A program made the position numbers and the translations under genes. The notes beneath the pieces are model-generated. The model searched no databases. It was not told where the DNA came from and saw only the letters and a program-made list of their open reading frames with translations. Shown here in pieces: positions 1 through 6,544 of a DNA stretch of 11,843 nucleotides; position 1 is the first letter of the stretch, and every line of letters starts with the position of its first letter. The DNA is from a virus: positions 1 to 11,843 of IMG/VR virus record IMGVR_UViG_3300045988_062539, one strand, 5' to 3'.

Positions 1-201
1 AAAAGGTACACAAAGCACGCATATTTAACATTTTCCAACTATGTTTTAACATTTGCTAACACACTTTGGCACGGTTTTTGTTGTGCCACATTTACCGTCA
101 TTGTTAACACACTTTAACACATTTAACACACCGTTAACACAGTTAATTTTTTCATAAAAGAAATGTTTCACGTGGAACAGTAAGAGAAGATGTTTCATGT
201 G
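1..201. repeat. Left inverted terminal repeat (perfect part)
   Basis: Positions 1-201 are the exact reverse complement of 11643-11843, checked base by base. The first mismatch is at 202 (g versus a), then imperfect homology with a 1-nt indel runs to about 212. The terminus reads 5'-AAAAGG. Confidence 0.97.
104..140. repeat. Phased TTAACAC direct-repeat array inside the left ITR
   Basis: TTAACAC starts at 104, 114, 123 and 134 (spacing 10, 9, 11 bp). Related TTAACAT at 25 and 46 and CTAACAC at 56. Confidence 0.8.
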
Positions 202-206
202 GAACA
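164..206. promoter_or_regulatory. Two operator-like 16-bp imperfect palindromes (TGTTTCACGTGGAACA and TGTTTCATGTGGAACA)
   Basis: Sites at 164-179 and 191-206, 27 bp apart start to start. Seven of 8 and 6 of 8 positions are self-complementary. The implied consensus is TGTTTCAcgTGAAACA. Confidence 0.6.
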
Positions 207-267
207 AAAGTGAATAATATGTTAAAATAATTTAAATTTAAAATTTTACATTATTTAACAAAAATAA

Positions 268-299
268 TTTGGTGATTTCGTGAAAAAGTCGTATCTTTG
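268..299 (+). promoter_or_regulatory. Bacteroidota-type promoter (-33 TTTG, -7 TATCTTTG) for the left arm
   Basis: TTTG at 268-271, a 20-nt spacer, then TAtcTTTG at 292-299, about 45 nt upstream of the ATG at 344. Matches the TTTG / TAnnTTTG consensus of the Bacteroides primary sigma factor. Confidence 0.65.
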
Positions 300-343
300 C
301 AACGTGATTAAGAAACAAAGTTGAACAATTAAAAATAAAAATT

Positions 344-634
344 ATGGCAAAGTATAAATTTATAGTTAGTGTAGATATAACTAGTTTCAAAGGTAGTAAC
401 GTTGCGACAACCGAAACAGTTACATTATCAAATTATGGTAACAACAACAAAGGTTTTAAAACCTTACAGGTTGCAAAAAATTTCTTTAAAGAAATTGTTG
501 AATCTTTATCAACTAGCGACAATAAAGAAAACGTTTTATATAATATCAAAGATAATAAAAATTTTTCTTTGGGTTATTATGATAAAGTGAATAGAGAATT
601 TATAAATAGAGAATATAAAGTTGTACGAATTTAA
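344..634 (+). CDS. Hypothetical protein (96 aa)
   Basis: ATG-to-TAA ORF, first gene after the left promoter. The composition looks protein-like, but I recognise no motif. Confidence 0.6.
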   Translation: MAKYKFIVSVDITSFKGSNVATTETVTLSNYGNNNKGFKTLQVAKNFFKEIVESLSTSDNKENVLYNIKDNKNFSLGYYDKVNREFINREYKVVRI

Positions 635-643
635 TGTTTAACC

Positions 644-669
644 GCCTGTAGGGGTAACACCTTACAGGC
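644..669 (+). other. GC-rich stem-loop after the first left-arm ORF
   Basis: gcctgtaggg (644-653) pairs with cccttacaggc-type arm 660-669: 10 bp including one G-U, with a 6-nt loop. It is followed by ATAAAAATAA, so there is no U-tract and this is not a classic terminator. Confidence 0.4.
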
Positions 670-686
670 ATAAAAATAATTGATAT

Positions 687-881
687 ATGGAACATAGTTA
701 TTTTAAAATCACTCTTAAACAGGCTACTACAGAAACGGTTTTTATGGTACGTTCTGACAAAGTAAGTGAATTCTTTAACAACAAAATCGACTACCTACAG
801 GGGGACTGTTCAATAACTGTAAAGGGTCGTTTTCCTACACACAAAGACAGTAGAAAATGGTTTGTAATTTCAACTAAATAA
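687..881 (+). CDS. Hypothetical protein (64 aa)
   Basis: ATG-to-TAA ORF that fills the gap between the neighbouring left-arm genes. No recognisable motif. Confidence 0.5.
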   Translation: MEHSYFKITLKQATTETVFMVRSDKVSEFFNNKIDYLQGDCSITVKGRFPTHKDSRKWFVISTK

Positions 882-888
882 TAATGAT

Positions 889-1311
889 ATGAAAAGAATT
901 AAGTATTTTAGTTTGTCTGAGTTCATCAACTCGGCAACTGCAAAACGTTTGGGCATTGATAATACCCCTACGTTTGAGGTAGTCGACAACTTAAACCGTT
1001 TAGCCGATTATTTGGATAAAATTCGTGAAAAGTTGGGTAAACCTATCTTAATTAATAGCGGTTTTCGTTGCCCGATGTTAAATAAAGCCGTTGGGGGTGT
1101 GGCTAATAGCCAACACTTAAAAGGTTTAGCCGCCGATGTTGTTTGTAGTGATATGAATACATTAGAAAAGGTTATAAGAGAAACAGGCGGTTTTGACCAA
1201 TTTATTAAAGAACACCGCAAAGGTTCTACTTCTTTTTGGTTTCATGTTTCAGTTTGTAACCGTAACGGTAAACCAAGACAACAAGTTATAATGAATCTAG
1301 AAAAGAAATAA
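889..1311 (+). CDS. Endolysin, zinc peptidase of the M15 (VanY / D-Ala-D-Ala carboxypeptidase-like, Peptidase_M15_3-type) family
   Basis: N-terminal YFSLSEF motif, then SGFRCPMLNKAVGGVANSQHLKGLAADV. This gives the H-x6-D zinc ligands (H76, D83) with a distal FWFHVSV histidine (H119), the characteristic signature of this small phage peptidase family. Confidence 0.85.
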   Translation: MKRIKYFSLSEFINSATAKRLGIDNTPTFEVVDNLNRLADYLDKIREKLGKPILINSGFRCPMLNKAVGGVANSQHLKGLAADVVCSDMNTLEKVIRETGGFDQFIKEHRKGSTSFWFHVSVCNRNGKPRQQVIMNLEKK

Positions 1312-1346
1312 AAAAACAGGCGGTAACATATTTACCGCCTGTTTTA
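1312..1346. terminator. Bidirectional intrinsic terminator between the convergent arms
   Basis: An 11-bp perfect stem, acaggcggtaa (1316-1326) with ttaccgcctgt (1332-1342), and a 5-nt loop. It has an A-run on the left and a T-run on the right, and sits between stop codons at 1309-1311 (+) and 1348-1350 (-). Confidence 0.85.
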
Positions 1347-1347
1347 T

Positions 1348-3198
1348 TTATAGATAAACACCGTTTGAAAGTTGTGAAACAATTTCATTAAATTCGTCAA
1401 CTAGCATACTATTAGTTGTTGTTAAGTTAACGTTTTCAAACTGTGCAAACCCTGTAACGTCCCCAATACGTTTTTGCTCTGTTGTGTTATTTACAGGAAC
1501 ATTTAACGGGTCAAAGTACTTAACAGTAACATAAGGTTCTAAACCCATTAAAACCGTATTTAAATCGCTTAAATCCCCGATAGTACTTATCTCATCATTC
1601 GCCAACGTTTTATAAATAATTTCGCTGCTACAATTTGCCGTACCGTTATTAATAGTAATACTGTCACATGATAAATTATAGGCACAATAACCTGTAATTA
1701 AATCTATATCGTAACTTAAATTTAATTCTTTTCCGATAAAATCACTATCTACAGGCACAAAACCCACAAACGGTATGAAACATTGTATAGTAGCGTTAAA
1801 ATCGTTTCCACTATCAGAGTTAACAGGTAATAGCACGTTTCCGAAATCTACGGGCACCTTAGAATTGTCAACACTATTTGTATTAATACTTGTATCAAAG
1901 TTAGCCAACTTTAAAGACGTTGGTGAAACATTCGGTACGTCCACGTAAACTTTGTGTAACCTGTTCACATATTCCCCAATATCATAATATTCATATTCAT
2001 AATTTTCATTTAACTTTTTAGTGAAACGAATTTTTGAAAAATCATCTAAAGTCTTTGTGTTGACTAGATACACGTTAATACTACCATAACCTGTTATTTC
2101 TGTGTCGGGGGCTGTTCCACCTAACAGAGTAAAAGTTGAATCACTTACTTTTTCTTTGTCGTTTGGGAACGTAAAAGTTAACGTTGCAGTTTTACCGTTG
2201 TTACTCAGAACAAAAGTGTGTTCTTCTGCTCCACCTGTTAACGGTTCCCAATTAGCAACAGGCAAATTTTTCGCATCGAAATGAGTTTTACTATTTGCCG
2301 TTGCAATAACGTTAATAGTTTCGTTTTCGATGTAATAAGGTTTTAACCCTGTTACGTTGCACCCTGTCATATTATTAACAGTTGTGCAAACAAGACGGTA
2401 AGCACCCGACAAAGTAACCGTTGTGCCCTGTTTTACATCAGTTAATGATATATTTATAACGTTTCCCGAAAAATCGGGTACAACTGTTTTCGTTTCCCCG
2501 TTAACGTCCGTATACTCTACAGAAACACCCACAAACTTTGCAGAATCACTATTACCTGTAACAGTTATAGAAACGTTTGTACCGTCTATAGTGTGCGTTT
2601 CATCACAATTACCTGTAATATTATTTATTATCTCAGTTTCCTTTGCTACTGTTTCACCTGTGAAAATCCACCCTACATTTAAGTTATTTAAAGGTGTTGA
2701 AACATATTGTTGTGCTACTGTATTATTATGTGAATAATCGAAACCTCCATCTAAATCATTTTTTAATGTTCCCTCAACAAATTTAAAACCGTTATCGGCT
2801 TTTAATGTTATTCTAGTTATAGCGTTGTTTCTGTCATCACTATTTACACCTGTATACATCTGCTCCAACGTACTGTGTGGAACGTTATTGACCAAATTAC
2901 CTAAAGTAAGTTGTTCCCCGTTGTAAGTTGTAGAATAACCGATAACAGAAACACTCATGCTTGCATAATTGTAATTTTTTACCGTTTTTATTATTGTTTC
3001 CGTGCTATCTTTTACAGTTTCAACAGTTACGGTTTTATTGTGGAAGTTACTGTCATTATCCACAAATTCAAGTGTAAACGGTTCACCGTTCCAAACGGTA
3101 TTTGCATTTAGCGTAAAAGTACAAATAACGTCCCAACCCTTTGTTTTAAAATTAGCCGTTGCACCGTACAGGTTAAATTTTTTTATTGCTATACTCAT
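1348..3198 (-). CDS. Tail protein: N-terminal beta-rich (putative receptor-binding) modules fused to a phi29 gp9-like tail-knob C-terminal region
   Basis: 616 aa. About aa 370-616 recall gp9: IPFVGFVPVDSDFIGKELNLSYDI versus phi29 [23 protein letters not shown]. The C-terminus FAQFENVNL..DEFNEIVSQLSNGVYL matches FNYVQTKD..DLQEIRTIFDNGITLW. About aa 1-370 are T/N/V-rich, with two similar modules starting NNITGNC (about aa 191) and NNMTGC (about aa 275). Confidence 0.65.
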   Translation of the reverse strand: MSIAIKKFNLYGATANFKTKGWDVICTFTLNANTVWNGEPFTLEFVDNDSNFHNKTVTVETVKDSTETIIKTVKNYNYASMSVSVIGYSTTYNGEQLTLGNLVNNVPHSTLEQMYTGVNSDDRNNAITRITLKADNGFKFVEGTLKNDLDGGFDYSHNNTVAQQYVSTPLNNLNVGWIFTGETVAKETEIINNITGNCDETHTIDGTNVSITVTGNSDSAKFVGVSVEYTDVNGETKTVVPDFSGNVINISLTDVKQGTTVTLSGAYRLVCTTVNNMTGCNVTGLKPYYIENETINVIATANSKTHFDAKNLPVANWEPLTGGAEEHTFVLSNNGKTATLTFTFPNDKEKVSDSTFTLLGGTAPDTEITGYGSINVYLVNTKTLDDFSKIRFTKKLNENYEYEYYDIGEYVNRLHKVYVDVPNVSPTSLKLANFDTSINTNSVDNSKVPVDFGNVLLPVNSDSGNDFNATIQCFIPFVGFVPVDSDFIGKELNLSYDIDLITGYCAYNLSCDSITINNGTANCSSEIIYKTLANDEISTIGDLSDLNTVLMGLEPYVTVKYFDPLNVPVNNTTEQKRIGDVTGFAQFENVNLTTTNSMLVDEFNEIVSQLSNGVYL

Positions 3199-3200
3199 AA

Positions 3201-3638
3201 CTAATTACCTTTAATAGTTACCATTATAATGTTATCATTATCACTAAATAACCCTTTATTAGGAAAATCTAGCTTTTTGAGTTTAGGGCGCAAATCGTAA
3301 GCATTTGTACGGTTTGATGCATACCCGTTTACGGTTTCACCTTTTGTTAACGTTCCTGTAGAATCCAAGATTTTATCTTTGTAAGTCATTAAAACGTCTG
3401 TACGCAAATAAACCGTACATATATCACCGTCTTGTCGTATTTCAGAAACGAAATAGTAACGGTGTAAACTTTCGATATAAACGTAATTAAACGTTACTAC
3501 GTTACGTGTACGGAAACGGATAACAGGTTCTAATATGTTTACAGTTGAATTTAATACACCTGTGTATTCTTCGTTTTCCTGTAGTGTCTTATTAACTCTG
3601 TTAGGTTCACCGTTATAATTATAAGTTTTTATCAGCAT
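3201..3638 (-). CDS. phi29 gp9-like tail-knob N-terminal domain protein (145 aa from the ATG at 3638)
   Basis: NYVYIESLHRYYFVSEIRQDGDICTVYLRTDVLMTY resembles the phi29 gp9 N-terminus (SYIMFQNADYGNKWFYAFVTELEF..VHFEIDVLQTWMF). The track start at 3677 is a TTG lying inside the hairpin at 3656-3695, so the ATG at 3638 is preferred. The ORF ends in TAG, 2 nt before the next ATG. Confidence 0.6.
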   Translation of the reverse strand: MLIKTYNYNGEPNRVNKTLQENEEYTGVLNSTVNILEPVIRFRTRNVVTFNYVYIESLHRYYFVSEIRQDGDICTVYLRTDVLMTYKDKILDSTGTLTKGETVNGYASNRTNAYDLRPKLKKLDFPNKGLFSDNDNIIMVTIKGN

Positions 3639-3655
3639 ACCACAAAAATTTAAAA

Positions 3656-3695
3656 AGGGTGTGCCCCGTGCTATCAACTACAGGAAACACACCCT
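3656..3695 (-). terminator. Hairpin with T-tract just after the capsid gene (possible leaky terminator)
   Basis: An 8-bp stem, agggtgtg (3656-3663) with cacaccct (3688-3695), and a 24-nt loop. On the minus strand it is followed by TTTTTAAATTTTT. The large loop makes it weak. Confidence 0.4.
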
Positions 3696-3716
3696 CAACA
3701 GTTAAACAACTAAAAA

Positions 3717-4901
3717 TTAGGCAACAAAGAACACAACAAAGTTTTCGTTTGTGTCATTGAAATAGCCAGCGTCAAACTTGTAATAGTTGTTAAAGAATTC
3801 CGCTTTTGCGTTGTAGTTGGTTGTTACTCGCTTATCAAGGTTTGTTACGCCTAAAGCGTCACGGTCGAACATAACACCCAACACACCGCTTATAGAAACA
3901 GACGCTCCGCTTGCACTCTTTACGTCAATTTTTGACGTGTGCTCAAATGAATAGTCTTTACCTGTTGCTTGCCAACTTGCAACAGTCTCAGCCGTTGGCA
4001 ACAATACGTTGTCGTTATGGTAAGTATCAGCATACAAATAGGTTTTGGCTGCTGCTGCGAAATCAGACAACAAAACGGTGTGCAAAATATCTTTTGGTGT
4101 AAAACGTTCTTTACCGCCAACGTTGAACAGGGTTGAAATTGTCTGCAAACGGTCTGAGTACAGTCCCATAATATAAGCAGCGAAACGGATAAAATCCGGG
4201 GTTGTTATCGCTGCTTTTGCAGTCAATTTTGCCCCTGTCTTATCGTTGTAAAGTTTCAACAGGTTAACGCACCGAACAGTACTTGCACTTGAATAGTCAA
4301 CAGTTTCGTGTGTTGACTCTACGAAACCAAAAGCCTTCTTGTCTGCGTCCAACGTCTCAGCTATCATGTTGTTAATTGTGCGCATAATAAGAGCGTCCAT
4401 TTTGATAGTCATTGATTTGTCAACGGCTGAGTAAATCATTGACAAGAAACCGTTCATTTGTTCCGCACTACTGAAACTTTCTTTTACCTGTCTTTCTGTG
4501 ATAGATACAGGAACCTCAAAAGTTACCTTTGAGTTAAAGAATTTTGCGGTAACGGTCGGTTTGTGGAAAACGTCCTGTTTGTACTCTTTACCGTCCTGTA
4601 AGTTCCAGGTATCGTTTTCTTCTGCATCGGGCACATCAGCCGAAATCTTTTCCAATATAGAACCGAATTCCCATGCGTCCATAAGCACACTTGGAACTTT
4701 ACCCGAATAAGGGCGGTTTACGAAAACCACTTTGCCGATATGGTTTACAAGTGATTTAACATAATTGTCAACTGCGTTTTGGTTGAACACTTCGTTACCC
4801 AAATCGACTAAACCTGTAAGGTCTTCGTTAACAAGTTCTGTATTACCCAAAACCTCACCCGATACGGTGTTAACTAAACTATAAATCTGTTTTACGTTCA
4901 T
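3717..4901 (-). CDS. Major capsid protein (phi29 gp8-like, HK97 fold expected)
   Basis: 394 aa. [22 protein letters not shown] parallels phi29 gp8 [42 protein letters not shown] parallels [22 protein letters not shown]. The position after the portal and a small protein is typical for a capsid gene. Confidence 0.75.
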   Translation of the reverse strand: [394 protein letters not shown]

Positions 4902-4920
4902 TTTTATAAAAATTAAGTAA

Positions 4921-5490
4921 TTAATAAATATCTACTGTTAACTCTTTTGCAAGTTCTGTGATTACTTGCGTTTTGAAATTAGTTTTGCGCAAACTCATTT
5001 CTTTTTGAATAATTTCACTAACAGGAACACCGCCCGACAAACTGTTCTTAACAACTGTTTTCGTAGCTGTTTCTTGTCGGTTCCCTGTAGAGTTTCTTTG
5101 TTGCTTTGTGTCATTTCCGAAATCTCCATTATTAAATGCTACACTTGAATTGACTGAGTTGTTATTCCCTGTTTCGTCCACGGTGTTATTTACCGTTTCA
5201 CTTGTCTTTTCTGTTACAGGGCTTAACACTTCGTATTGTTTATTAAACACTTGAATCTGTTTTTGCCACTCATCAAATTTAACCGTAATAATACCTTTTA
5301 CAATATCGTTTGCAGTTTCATTTGTGATAGCGTTAACTAGAGTTCGTTCCCCGTATTTGAAACGTAAATCAATATCAATTAGTTTCGGGTCGTCTTCCCC
5401 GAATATTGAATCGTACAAAACAGGAAACAGGGGTTTAAAGATTTTTTCAAATAACCCGTTTTCAGTTGTGAAAAGTTCATTAATTTTCAT
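4921..5490 (-). CDS. Virion morphogenesis protein of unclear role (scaffold or lower-collar/adaptor candidate)
   Basis: 189 aa. The ATG overlaps the portal stop by 11 nt. The central region is low-complexity N/S/T-rich. The assignment rests on position only. Confidence 0.35.
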   Translation of the reverse strand: MKINELFTTENGLFEKIFKPLFPVLYDSIFGEDDPKLIDIDLRFKYGERTLVNAITNETANDIVKGIITVKFDEWQKQIQVFNKQYEVLSPVTEKTSETVNNTVDETGNNNSVNSSVAFNNGDFGNDTKQQRNSTGNRQETATKTVVKNSLSGGVPVSEIIQKEMSLRKTNFKTQVITELAKELTVDIY

Positions 5491-6544
5491 CTTTGTTTTC
5501 TTTTTCTTCTGTTTCTTCTGTTTCTTGCGTTTCTTCTGTTTCCGTTTCTGTTTCTTCTGTTTCTTGCGTTTCTTCTGTTTCTGTTTCTGTTTCTTCTGTT
5601 TCTTGCGTTTCTTCTGTTTCGTTTTCCGTTACAGGGTCAACGTCTTCTGTATCGGTGTGGTAGTGTCCGTCTTCTGTTGCTTGGAGCAACGACAAATAAT
5701 TTTCGTGCTCGATTTTCCAACTTGACCCCAAAGTTACGGTTATTTCCGTACCGAACATTTCGTTAACACGTTTCACACCCTCAACACGTTCTGTTAACAT
5801 CGAATCTACAAAAGGTAATAAAGCGTCTATATTCATTGAAACTTCTTGCGTGTTCAACCGTTCACGTTTCATGTTATAGTTAGCATTCAAACCCAAATCG
5901 TTAAACATGCTAGCTTTGTAGTACTGTAACAGTTCAATTAATTGCCCGATTTGTTGGTTTCCCTGTGTTGGCGGTGTTTGCAAGTTTACACCTTTGAAAA
6001 AGGCATTTTCACCTATTACTGAGAAATCACCGCTCAAAATCTTTTGCAAAAACAATTCTGCACTTTGTTTTGTCTTATCATCGCTAGCAGAAATTAACAT
6101 CGTGATACGTGTTAAAATACTTGCCAAATTAAGCGTTATTGTTGCGTCTGTGTAAAGAACACCATATTTACCGATAATAGGCAAAAGTGAATCTGCAAAC
6201 GGTGTATTGTTGATAACGACAATATCTGAATCAATTTTAAACGTTTTGTTCAAATTTAACCATGGGTTTGTAACCACGTAATCTTTGCCGTGATAATACG
6301 CATCACATTCACCTCCACGTGTACCCTGTAAAGCATACAGTTCCCCGTTAACTTTTGCAATTCCAACGTTACCCGATGTTTGTAGAATCTTTTCAAGTTC
6401 TACAGGGGGCATTGTTTCGGGTGTACCCGTGTACTCAAACATCTTCGAAGTCATACAAAGAACACGTTGCATAAATGTGAATAATGCAGAATCTTTGTCT
6501 TTTACTTCTGTTTGATACCTGTTATATAAGTTTTCTTTTTTCAT
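5480..6544 (-). CDS. Portal / head-tail connector (phi29 gp10-like) with an acidic repeat C-terminus
   Basis: 354 aa. [27 protein letters not shown] parallels phi29 gp10 [52 protein letters not shown] parallels [23 protein letters not shown]. Confidence 0.8.
   Translation of the reverse strand: [354 protein letters not shown]
5505..5622. repeat. 39-bp tandem repeat (about 3 copies) encoding the acidic [13 protein letters not shown] units of the portal tail
   Basis: cttgcgtttcttctgttt recurs at 5524, 5563 and 5602, exactly 39 bp apart. The two full units differ at one base. Confidence 0.9.

Noticed and set aside
100-210. CRISPR-like appearance of short repeats in the ITR
   Set aside because: The repeat units are 7 nt with 2-4 nt spacers, far too short for a CRISPR array. 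The block is mirrored at the other end as part of the ITR.
3195-3205. Programmed ribosomal frameshift joining the two tail-knob ORFs
   Set aside because: The downstream frame is closed by a TAA only 9 nt upstream of its ATG. There is therefore almost no overlap window, no slippery heptamer and no downstream structure. Two polypeptides, or a sequencing indel, are more likely.
3639-3677. TTG-initiated N-terminal extension of the 158-aa ORF, and the GTG-initiated extension of the 84-aa ORF (6740-6799)
   Set aside because: Both extensions use non-ATG starts that lie inside predicted regulatory elements, a hairpin and a promoter respectively. Both have in-frame ATGs downstream that give proteins matching the expected family boundaries.
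5324-5725. 133-aa plus-strand ORF rich in F/C (..FFFFCFFCFLRFFCF..)
   Set aside because: It is the antisense read-through of the portal's acidic 39-bp tandem repeat. Its composition is an artefact of GAA/ACA repeats on the other strand, and it overlaps two well-supported minus-strand genes.
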